The translations under genes and the position numbers were made by a program. From positions 434,001 through 498,000 of the forward strand of contig NW_027142279.1 of assembly GCF_036365525.1 (NCBI RefSeq): a stretch of 64,000 bases of DNA, in the 5' to 3' direction. Numbering within the stretch: the stretch's first letter is position 1; the number at the start of each line of letters is the position of its first letter. Below the pieces are notes generated by a model, which saw only the letters and a list, made by a program, of their open reading frames with translations, did no database searches and was not told the origin of the DNA. Shown one piece after another: positions 48,612 to 59,160 of the stretch. This DNA is from Heterodontus francisci (taxonomy: Eukaryota).

Positions 48612-49351
48612 CGCAATGTTATACTGTTGTAACAGAACTTGCGTTTCTTCAACTCGATACACAATAGTTAATGAACATAGTTGGAACATTTTGTATTGTG
48701 TTATTTCATTATTCCACCCTATTGCTCTTTATCTTACATTCTGCTGCAATTGATCTCCTCGTCTCTGTCTCTTTTTTATTGTTTTAAATCCAATTTCCCA
48801 TCTCCCTCCAGTTCTGTCTGCTGTTTTCTCTCCATCTGGAGTTAAGAAGAATGGGAGATGATCTTCTGGGAAATTCTAAGATTCTGAGGGCGCTTGACAG
48901 GGTAAAGGCTGAGAGAATGTTCCCATGTAGAATTAAAGGGCGCAGTTTCAGAATGAGGGGTCGCTCATTTAGGACGGAGTGGAGGAGGAATTTCTTCTAT
49001 CAGGGAGTCGTGAATCTTTGGAATTCCCTCCTCCACAGCCCTGTGGAGACTGAGTCCGTGAATGCATTCAAGACTGAGATAGAGAGCGGAGCCAAGGATT
49101 ATGGAGAACAGGTAGGAAAGAGGGATCGAGGCCAACATCAGATCAGCCATGATCTCTGGTTGCAAATTCCTCTCTCACCAGCCCTCCTCCAATCTCCTAC
49201 ATTTAGCTATTTACATTCTTGCTTCTTCAATGCAATGCTTACTCTTTTGCCTGTTTTCACATTCTCTCTCCTTTCTTTAAATTGAAGAGAGTAAACTAGT
49301 CGACGTTTTCAATGCTAGTAAGAGACGTATTTTGACTATCGTCTCACTTAC

Positions 49352-49409
49352 CCAGGACAGTTAATTTAGTGCCATCTCCAAAATACATAGGTTGAATACC
49401 CCCTGCACC
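49352..49409 (-). CDS. TRBJ: J segment GAGGIQPMYFGDGTKLTVL
   Basis: 12-RSS CACATCA 49410, ACAAAAACA 49429; GTAAGT donor. Confidence 0.92.
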
Positions 49410-49753
49410 CACATCATCACCTCACATCACAAAAACATTCCCCAACTCTCTTTTGGAAGAAAATAAACTCACTGGGCCATTCCTTAATATTTGATAGTGG
49501 CCTCTGGTTAACGCAAGCTAACCGTAAGTTAATGTAAACTCGTGGACTAACCAGGCAGTTTGCAGTTATAGCTCTCAGAATTCCCAAGACTGTCTGCCCC
49601 GTCTCTATGTGGACCTGTTCGTCAGTTATCCACCGTAGCAGTCCTGACAATAGGAGATTTTCTCTAAGTCCCTCACAATTATTCATTCAATCCTTCTTGC
49701 AAGATGTTTACAGGTGACCCTTGCTTCATTGAAAACAAAGAAACTGAACTCAC

Positions 49754-49810
49754 CCAAAATCGTCAACGTGGACCCGTCCCCAAAATGTAGCAGGTTGGTA
49801 TACCCGCCCG
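49754..49810 (-). CDS. TRBJ: J segment GGYTNLLHFGDGSTLTIL
   Basis: 12-RSS CACTGCA 49811, ACCAAAATA 49830; GTGAGT donor. Confidence 0.85.
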
Positions 49811-50021
49811 CACTGCACTAAACAACAATACCAAAATACAACGATGGGTAGACAGATGTCTGGACAGACAAATAGATAAGTAGATGGACAAACAGACAGA
49901 CAGATGGATCCACAGACCAACAAATAGATAGGTACATTGATAGATAAAGAAATAGAAAGACTTACAGATGAAAAGAGATGTTTACATATATAAATATCTA
50001 CATGTGCAAACATAATCTTAC

Positions 50022-50071
50022 CTAAAACAGTGAGTTTAGTCCCAGCTCCGAAATAATAAATGTCACCAGAG
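50022..50071 (-). CDS. TRBJ: J segment SGDIYYFGAGTKLTVL
   Basis: 12-RSS CACAATG 50072, ATTAAAACA 50091; GTAAGA donor. Confidence 0.92.
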
Positions 50072-51580
50072 CACAATGATAAACTCATGTATTAAAACAT
50101 CACCTGTCTTTGAGTCCTTTTCCGAAGGAGCCCCTCATAATAAGGGAGAACCGACAAGTATAAGGAAATTTTGTCCAAAGGAACATAGCAACTGGGGAAC
50201 AGGAGTAGACCATTCAGCCCTTCGTGCTTATTCCGACATTTAATTAGATTATAAATCAATGGTACCTTAACGCCTTCGACCTGCCTTCTTGGTTCCATAA
50301 CCTTTCGCATCTTTGCCGATCAAAAAATCATCAACCACACATTTGAAATTTTCGACTGACTCCCTCAGCTTTCTGTGGGAGAGATTTCTGGATTCCACGG
50401 GGCATTTTGTAAACAGGTCCTTCTTGACATCACTCCTGAATGGTCTAGCTATCAGTTTAAGGTTTTGCTCTCTTGTTCTGGACCCGTCACACCAGAGGAA
50501 ATATCAGATCCTATCATTATCTTAAACACATCAATTGGATCACTCCTGAATCTCCAATTCTCAATTTACTGTAACCCTACTTTAAACAACACATCGTCAT
50601 AAATTAAATTCTTTTGATTCCGGTATTATCCTGGTGAATGAGGAAAGCTCATGGGGCCCTTGACACCTCATTGTCCACTGGATATGGATAGCTCACCAGT
50701 TCGATTAGTAACTTGAAAATAGTGTGTCTCAAAATGGTTTCATCCATTGCTGCTCGAGGCCAAGAGGGAATATTTCGAATTGCAGAGAATTTACAACACA
50801 CAAACAGGCCATTCAGCCCATCTGCTCCATACCAGTGTTTACACTCCACTTGCGACTCCTCTCATCCCCTTCATTTAATCCAATTTTTTTTATCCAATCT
50901 ACTTTTTTAAACCCACTCCTTGTGGTAGTGAGTTCCACATTCGCACCACTGTCTGGGTAAAGAAATTTCTCCTGAATTCCCGACTGAATTTATTACTGAC
51001 CATCTGACATTTATGCTCTCCCCGTTCTGGTCTCCCCACAAGTGGAAAAAACTTCGGTGTGTCTACCTTATCGAAACCCCTTTCAAAATCGTACAGACCT
51101 CTACCAGGACACCCCTCAAACTTCACTGCTCTCGAGAAAGGAGTTCCAGTCTGTCCGACCTTCCCCAATAGTTATAACTTCCCAGTTTGGGCAGCACAGC
51201 TGTTAATCTGTTTTGATTTTCCTTATCCAGAGCCTCTACATCATTTCTTTGATAATATGCAGACCAGAACTGCATACTAAACGATGCAATTGGACATTTT
51301 TCGTTCTATCTCTGTGTCCTCATATTCTTCTCTCACAAGTGCAATCATTCTATTTGTATCTACATCGCTGTTTGTTCTGTTTCTTTTAGAGACCCTCCCT
51401 TCTGTATCCACTCAAACCCCTTCCCTACAGTGAAACAAATTCGGCAGTTGTAGATCTCCCCTTGTAACCTGAACAGACGAAAGAAATTCACCAAATTTCT
51501 ATATTTTCACTCTTTCGACCACCCCACGTGAATTCCCAAATTGAATCAACTTTTCCAGTATTAGGAATGCATTCACTCAC

Positions 51581-51630
51581 CTAAAACAACCAGTTTGGTC
51601 CCATCTCCGAAATATGCTTCGCTATTGGAG
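51581..51630 (-). CDS. TRBJ: J segment SNSEAYFGDGTKLVVL
   Basis: 12-RSS CACACTG 51631, CACAAAATC 51650; GTGAGT donor. Confidence 0.95.
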
Positions 51631-52243
51631 CACACTGATATGGGGCTGTCACAAAATCCCCCTCAATCCCCCTAGATTGTTAAGTCTGTTCCATTGAAGT
51701 TCCTATTATGTCAATGACCGTAAAGGTCGTAGGAACATGGGGACAGGAGGTGGCCATTCAGCCCTTCGAGCCTGTTCCACCATTCAATCAGATGAGGGTT
51801 GATCTGAATCTTAACTCCCGCCTTGGTTCTGTAATCTTCGATACGCAATACTCTATCAATCTTGGATTTGAATTTATAAATTGATCCCCAGTCTCAGCAG
51901 ATTGTTTTTTATGGGGTGGGGGTGGAATCCATCATTTCCACTACCCTTTGTGTGAAGAAGTGCTTCCTGATATCATCCCTGAAAGGCAATAATTTAAACT
52001 ATTCTGAGCTCCCCCCAACCTGAGGAAGCAGTTTCTCTTTCTATCTATCCAACACCTCAAAACACCTCCATTATATCAGACCTTAATGTTCTAGATTCGA
52101 GGGATTATCAGCTTCGTCTGAGTAACCATTCCTCATGAGTTAACCCTTTTATGTATCTAATATCTGAACATTACTCCTGGTGATTTTTTAACTAGACATA
52201 GAGTCTGATCGATAGGAGGAACAGAAATACACAGTCGCCTTAC

Positions 52244-52291
52244 CCAACACTGTCAACTTGGTCCCATCGCCGAAGTAAGCTATCTCTGCTG
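52244..52291 (-). CDS. TRBJ: J segment AEIAYFGDGTKLTVL
   Basis: 12-RSS CACGATG 52292, TCATGAACA 52311; GTAAGG donor. Confidence 0.9.
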
Positions 52292-52532
52292 CACGATGCT
52301 CTAAACTCAGTCATGAACAGACCCGGGAGATGTTCCCCTTGGAACTGAACGAGACAGGACGGGGTGGTTTACAGGCGAGGGTGATATTGGACTGGTCTTT
52401 GCAAATCAGAAAGAAGGGCCATTGTCATCAGCCTGACTTTTTAAACTGCCCGTGGAGGGTTGGGGGGAACAAGCTTGGAATACAAACAGCTGGACATGAA
52501 GGGAGTGGGAAAAAAATGTCCCTTTTTCTTAC

Positions 52533-52582
52533 CTAACACCGTCAGTTTGGTGCCGGCCCCGAAGTTGAGTGGTGTGTTGTAG
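52533..52582 (-). CDS. TRBJ: J segment YNTPLNFGAGTKLTVL
   Basis: 12-RSS CACGTCA 52583, ACATCAACC 52602; GTAAGA donor. Confidence 0.88.
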
Positions 52583-53107
52583 CACGTCAGCAGATCACGT
52601 TACATCAACCCAGTCGGAAACTGATTGCTAAAAGTGACCTGCTCAGCATTTAGGAAGCACTGGTCAAGACAATCAGGACGCACAAAGCAGCTTACAGCCA
52701 ATGAAGCAGTTTGTTTAGGAAGTGGTCACCACAGGGAGACACAGCAACTGATATTGCACCAAGGAAGTCCCATCAAACAGCAATGAGATTAATGAGCACA
52801 TCATTCTTTGTGATGTTGGTTGAGGGATCAATATTGGTCCCTGGACACCAGGGTGGGGTTTAAGGGTTAAACAGTAACCAGTTTCCACACAAATGACACA
52901 CTGCTGTTCTCTTTTCCACAGGAATGTTCTAGGTTATAAGGCTGGACCATTCTGAGACATCTTTAAGATGAAAAGGGCCCAGTTCCCGCCATAATCCTGG
53001 GCCATGTTGACTCGTTTACTCTGTTGTCACTGCTCTTCTGCTGATCCTCCACCAGGTGTGTTGAGCGAGGTTTTTGTACGGAGGTTGCATTGGATTTTAT
53101 CACCGTG

Positions 53108-53120
53108 TCCCTGTTGTCCC
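53108..53120 (-). other. TRBD: D1 segment GGGACAACAGGGA
   Basis: 5' 12-RSS (CACAGTG 53121, ACAAAAAAG 53140) and 3' 23-RSS (heptamer 53101-53107, perfect nonamer 53069-53077); open in all three frames (GTTG, GQQG, DNR). Confidence 0.97.
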
Positions 53121-53259
53121 CACAGTGATAGACACTCATACAAAAAAGAGGAACGCAAAACTTCCAAGTCCCCACCGCTTAAACGGCTCCCGAGGACTTC
53201 ACCTAGTGACGGCAGTTGAGACTGAGGTGCTGAAATTTAGTTAGAGCTACGGAGCACAA

Positions 53260-54238
53260 TTAGAGGCCATTCAGCCCCTCTCAAACCTGATTCTCTGGAA
53301 CAGGAGGTGGACATTCAGCCGCTCTACAGTCTGTTACACGGGAACAGGAGGTGGACATTCAGCCCCTCTCCAGTCTGTTACACAGGAACAGGAGGAGGAT
53401 ATTCAGCCCCTGTCCAGTCTGTTACACGGGAACAGGAGGAGGACATTCAGCCCCTCTCCAGTCTTTTACTCAGAAACAGGAGGAGGACATTCAGCCCCTC
53501 TCCAGTCTGTTACACAGGAACAGGAGGAGGACAATCAGCCCCTCTCCAGTCTGTTACACAGGAACTGGAGGAGGAAATTCAGCCCCTCTCCAGTCTGTTA
53601 CACAGGAACAGGTGGTGGACATTCAGTCCCTCTCCAGTCTGCTGCACAGGAACAGGAGGAGGACAATCAGCCCCTCACGAGCCTGCTACACAGGAACAGC
53701 AGGAGGACATGCAGCCACTCTCCAGTCTGTACGCAGGAACAGGAGGTGGACATTCCGCCCCTCTCGAGCCTGTTACACAGGAACAGGAGGAGGACATTCA
53801 GCCCCTCTCGAGCCTGTTACACAGGGACAGGAGGAGGACATTCAGCCCCTCTCCAGTCTGTTGCACAGGAACAGGAGGAGGACATTCCGCCCCTCTCGAG
53901 CCTGTTACACAGGAACAGTAGGAGGACATTCAGCCCCTCTCCAGTCTGTAATACAGGAACAGGAGGAGGACATTCAGGCCCTCTCCAGTCTGTTACACAG
54001 GGACAGGAGGAGGGCATTCAACCCCTCTAGAGCTTGTTACACAGAAACAGGAGGAGGACATTTTGCCCCTCTAAAACATGTTACGCAGAAACAGGAGGAG
54101 GACATTCATCCCCTTCTCAAATCTGTTACACAAGAACAGGAGGAGGACATTCAGCCCCTCTGGAGCATGTTACACAGAAACAGCAGGAGGCCTTCAGCCC
54201 CTCTTGAACCTGTTACACCGGAACAGGAGGAGGCCATT
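53260..54238. repeat. 44-bp minisatellite (GGAACAGGAGGAGGACATTCAGCCCCTCTCCAGTCTGTTACACA), about 22 visible copies then an N-run
   Basis: Period 44 (e.g. 53341 to 53385); short paralogous array at 44120-44287. Confidence 0.95.
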
Positions 54239-54989
54239 NNNNNNNNNNNNNNNNNNNNNNNNNNNNNNNNNNNNNNNNNNNNNNNNNNNNNNNNNNNNNN
54301 NNNNNNNNNNNNNNNNNNNNNNNNNNNNNNNNNNNNNNNNNNNNNNNNNNNNNNNNNNNNNNNNNNNNNNNNNNNNNNNNNNNNNNNNNNNNNNNNNNNN
54401 NNNNNNNNNNNNNNNNNNNNNNNNNNNNNNNNNNNNNNNNNNNNNNNNNNNNNNNNNNNNNCTTCCCTCTGTTGCACCCCTTATCCCAATCCTTGCCTCC
54501 GTTCCTTACGCTTTTCTTTACCTGCATTGTCCCTCTACAACCTGCAGGATCTCAGGAAGCACCGGCTACGGGTCCACAAACAGAACGCACTTAGTGTATA
54601 TAGTAAATCGTGCACACTGCAATCTCTTCACCTATCACTCAGAGAGTCCCAGGTCTGCCAAACCAGGGGTGTGCAAGTTCCCAGGTGTTCTGTTGCGGTG
54701 CTGTTATCATTTCAGCTGATCTGTCTGCACACCAACACCCATCGCCCATGCACCTGGTCCTCAACTCTAACCTTGAGGGTTTTACTCTTTTGTTCGGTTC
54801 TTATGCTGCTTGCTCTTCAGATGAAGGTAACGCGAGGTTCTGGGTTGAAGAGGTTCAAAACATTTCTAACAATAAAGGCGGACGTTGAATGAAGGATTGG
54901 GATATGGACACAAAACATTTTCAAAGAAAGGCGATTATGGAGTCATCAAAGTAAGTACATTTCCCTTTGTCCTTTTGCAAACATGGCAC

Positions 54990-55575
54990 AAATTAGGAAT
55001 CTATTGCTGCTTCTAAATGTTCACTGGACATTATAGAGCGAGGAGAAGTCATGTTAAACTTGTATAGAATCTAGCTTAGACCACAGTTAGAGCACTTTTC
55101 CCAGTTCTGGTATTCATTTTAAAGAGATATAGAGATACAGGAGAAGGGGCAAAAAAGTAATGACAAGGATGATATCAGAACTGAGAGGTTATAATTATCA
55201 GGAAGGGCTGTAAAGAGAAGGCTGAGGGGGTGATCTGATGGATGGATTTAAGATTATGAAAGAGTTTTTGATAGGGTAGACGTGCAAAAGATATTTTCAC
55301 TTGTGGGGGAGTCAGGAACTCCGAACCATCAATAGAAAGATAGTCACTAATAAATAAAATCGGGAATTCAGGAGAAACTTCTTTACCCAGAGAGAGGGAG
55401 GATGTAAGGAGTGGGATAAGGCGAATAGCGGAGATGTATTCAAGAGGGAATCTGGATCAACAAATGGGGTGGGGGAGATTTGGAAGGATCTACTGATGGG
55501 GTGAGATGAAGACGGGAGCGAGGGAGCTCGTGTGGAGGATGAACGCCAGCATGAATGTGTTGGGCCGAATGGCAT
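54990..55575 (+). mobile_element. CR1-type LINE 3' fragment
   Basis: agaaggctgagggggtgatctgat...ttcaggagaaacttctttacccagagag...tgggccgaatggc. Confidence 0.8.
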
Positions 55576-55671
55576 GTTTCTTTGCGATTTGCCTCAGGAC
55601 ACAGTCCAAGGGATGTAGTGCGTCTCACCTGAGAAGGCAGACCAGCTGCTGGTTTAAAATCTCAGGTGCAA

Positions 55672-56352
55672 ATTCAGCACTCCCTCTGTACTGACCGTCT
55701 GAGAGTGCAGCACTCCCACAGTACTGACCCTCGGACAGTGCATCACTTCCTCAGTACTGACCCTCTGACAGTGCAGCACTCCCTCAGTACTGACCCTCTG
55801 ACAGTGCAGCACTCCCTCAGTTCGGACACTCAGACAGTGCAGCACTCCCTCAGTACTGACCCACTGACAGTGCAGCACTCCCTCAGTACTGACCATCTGA
55901 GAGTGCAGCACTCCCTCAGTACTGCCCCTCTGACAGTGCAGCACTCTCTCAGTACTGACACTCTGACAGTGCAGCACTCCCTCAGTACTGACACTCTGAC
56001 AGAGCAGCACTCCCTCAGTACTGACCCTCTGACAGTGCTGCAATCCCTCAGTACAGACACTCTGTCATGCAGCACTCTCTCAGTACAGACACTCTGCCAG
56101 TGCAGTGCTCCCTGATTACTGACCCTCTGACAGTGCAGCATTACCTCAGTACTAACCCTCTGACAGTGCAGCACTCCCTCAGTACTGACACTCTGACATG
56201 TAGCACTCCCTCAGTACTGACCCTCGGACAGTGCAGCACTCCCTCAGTGCTGACCATCTGATGGTGCAGCACTCCCTCAGTACTGACACTCCAACAGTGC
56301 AGCACTCCCTCAGTACTGACCCTCCAACAATGCAGCACTCCCTCAGTGCTGA
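55672..56352. repeat. 33-bp minisatellite (CAGCACTCCCTCAGTACTGACCCTCTGACAGTG), about 20 copies
   Basis: Direct tandem repeat; gives an 11-aa periodic ORF. Confidence 0.95.
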
Positions 56353-56382
56353 ATTAACGAAATTGGCTGCATTGGCGATCGA

Positions 56383-56401
56383 TGGGCGGTAGGTGGCGCT
56401 A
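56383..56401 (+). promoter_or_regulatory. Candidate CTCF site between V and D1
   Basis: TGGGCGGTAGGTGGCGCTA with an upstream TGCATTGGC module; matched by eye. Confidence 0.55.
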
Positions 56402-57357
56402 TTGTTCCGCTAATCCGAATCGCTTCTTCATTTCACAGCCGTTCCTTCCTCTGACAGCGACCTCAGGTCTGCCATTCCCTCCCAAACCCCCTCCACATCT
56501 CTCTCCTCCAAATCTGCCCAGCTTTGGCCCACACCTCGTAACAATTTCTGCTGTAACTCTGTGTCAAATAGTTGGCAGATTTACACTCTTCGGGCCGTTT
56601 ATCTCGGGACGGTGAAGTCGCTATATAAATGCAAACTGCAGCTGTTTAATTACACGCTCGTGCTGACCTGTGAACAGGAGGTTTGGGACTTGGAACATGT
56701 CTTCCAGAAACGGACTCTGTCGGCAGTTTCGCTTGACGTTTCTTCCACGGGGGGAGACGAATTAAACTCTGCATTCACAGAAAATTTGATTCGAATTTGT
56801 CACGACCGGGATTTCGCGTCCTGTTGCTATAGTTTTCAGCACTTGTATGTTGTCGCTTGATGTAACGTCCTCTTAAAATCTATCACCATCCTCCTCACGG
56901 TTCACAATACTGCAAAGTTTGCAAATGTGCCCTGCACACCCAAGTCTATGTTATTAATATCGATCAAGACAAGCAGTGGTCCCTGGAGAACCCCACTATA
57001 TACCTTCCTTCAGAATGAACACCAACTGTTTACCACTACTCTGTTCCATGTTGCTTTGTATCCATGTTGATAATGCCCCTTTTATTGCATGGGCTTTATC
57101 TTTGCTGACAAGCCTGTTATGTAGTACTTTATCAAACGCTTTTTTTGAAGTTCATGTGCACCACATCAACCGCAATACCCTCATTAACCCTCTCTGTTAC
57201 CTCATCAAAAAATGTGTATCCGACTCTTGGTTTTCTGATTAGTCCACAGAGTGCTGGTTGTTTCAAAAGGCGGTGTAGCATTCGTCATCTCTACAGATGG
57301 GAGAACCTCAAAGCACCCTGTCTGACTGACCACTTCCTCTGATGTGTCTTTATATAT

Positions 57358-57680
57358 CAGCCGTGGTTTAGTGGGGAGTACCTCGGCACTGAGTCAGAGG
57401 TTTGTGGGTTTAAGTCCCCGCACCATGATTTAAGCATAAAATCTGGGCTGACACTCACTGTGCAGGACAGAGGAAGTGCTGCACCGTGTGGAGGTGTAGC
57501 ACCGAGGTACTCTCTTTATTTTGGCTGAGATGTTAAAATGAGGTCCCGACTGCAGACGGGAAGGATCTCATAGCCACTATTTCGGAGAATAACAGGGGCA
57601 TTCTGGAGGATTATCTGGGGCAATAGACATCCCTAAACCAACTTAACTAAAACAGATTGTCTGGTCATTCTCAGTTTCCA
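57358..57680 (+). mobile_element. DeuSINE-like SINE
   Basis: tRNA-like head (agccgtggtttagtgg...gtgggtttaagtcccc), core (tgagatgttaaaatgaggtccc...gccactattt...aaaacagattgtctggtcatt). Confidence 0.6.
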
Positions 57681-57770
57681 CCAGGAGATGGCGCAGTTCT
57701 CCGCAGAACTTGTGGCTGCAAATAGGATTCGATCAGATGGAGAGACAATGAATTTCCATTCAGCGAGTGA

Positions 57771-57789
57771 TCGCGCCCTCTGGCGGCCG
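57771..57789 (-). promoter_or_regulatory. Candidate CTCF site between V and D1
   Basis: Minus strand CGGCCGCCAGAGGGCGCGA, a close match to the CTCF core by eye. Confidence 0.6.
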
Positions 57790-58496
57790 CAGAGGGAATT
57801 TTCATCACCATTCATCATTTGGATCATCCATCTGACGGAAAGGAGTCGCAGTCCGAGTATGATCAATGCTACCTACTTCCAGTGAGATGTCGGATTATTT
57901 ATTGCCATGTGCAAAGATGACCAGATCGTGACAAATGGAGCAAACTCCCCACCCCCGCAACCCCTCCACTAACACTATTGGATCTAAGATGCATCAGTTG
58001 GAATTCATTCCTGGTTATGTGCATTCACCTCACATTGGAATTTCGAGACAGGGTGCCGACCGGCAGTTTTATCACGCTGCTCTATCTTGGACCCTGCAAG
58101 TAAAGGGTTACTATCTTGTTGGCACGTGGAAAAGACTTCTGATCTGTGTCCCTGCAATTTTGCTTCAATCATCAGAGAACACATCAGCTAAGGAACTCAC
58201 TTTCGACTTCACTCGCATAATGGAGGTTGGAAATGTGCACAACATCTCGAATCCGTAAAGGCTGGAGGACATCTTACCGTCAGGAGCCCATTAAAAGTCT
58301 TCCACTTCATAAAAGCTAAAGAAAAGAAATGACGGCATGTTGTAGATTTCGGGATCTCCAGTCCAATTTGAAAATATCTGGGGCTGCAGCAAAAGTGGTC
58401 GAGCAACAGGGTGAGTAATTTCAATGACAACATTCTTCCCATTATTGATATTGCAAGAGGGACCCGTGTATATGAATCAGAGCAATTTTACATCAA

Positions 58497-59160
58497 TGTG
58501 CAGCAAGGAATTAGGAATGCGAGTAGCATGTTAGCTTTTATTGTAAGGCGTTTGAAACATAAGAGTAAGGAAATCTTTCTGCAGCGAGTTCGGACTTTGG
58601 TAACAACACACCTTTAGTGTTGTGTAGAGTGTTGCTCTCCTTATCTACGGAAGCATGTATTTGCCTTAGAGGAGGTTGCAACGAAGGTTCACTCAATTGG
58701 TTCCAAGGAGGAGAAGGCTGCCCAATGAGGAGAAATTGAGTCGAATGGGCAGTTATTCTCTGGAAGAATCAGAGGTGATCCATTTGAAACGTACAAGATT
58801 ATGAGCGGGTTTGACATGGTACACACTGAGAGGCTGCTTCCCCCCTGGCTAGAGAACCTAGAAATAAGGAGTCGAATCTTCAAGATAAGGGGTCCATCTA
58901 TCGTACTTAGATGAGGAGGAATGTCTTCACTCAGAGGGTTATGACTCTTTGGAATTCAGAGAGCTTTGGATTCTCAGTCATTGAGAATATTGAAGACATG
59001 AGATCCATAGATTTTAGGCACCAAGGGAATCCGTGGATGTAGGAATATGGCGGGAAAGTGGAGTAAAGGTAGCAGATCCTCAAGATCTACATTACGTGGA
59101 GGAGCAGTTTCGACGGGCCGAATGGCTTACTCCTGCTCCTATTTTCTAATGTTCTGATGT
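58497..59160 (+). mobile_element. CR1-type LINE 3' fragment
   Basis: NASSMLAFIVRRLKHKSKEIFLQRVRTLVTTHL, plus tail gggccgaatggcttactcctgctcctat. Confidence 0.85.

Noticed and set aside
53260-56352. 44-bp and 33-bp arrays (and the 37-bp array) as CRISPR arrays or repeat proteins, e.g. ORF 53351-54892
   Set aside because: No unique spacers or cas genes, vertebrate context, and periodic ORFs follow directly from unit length.
57690-58400. Unique coding-looking sequence with short ORFs and a GTGAGT at 58391
   Set aside because: Stops interrupt the frames I read and I recognise no family; a BLASTX would settle it.
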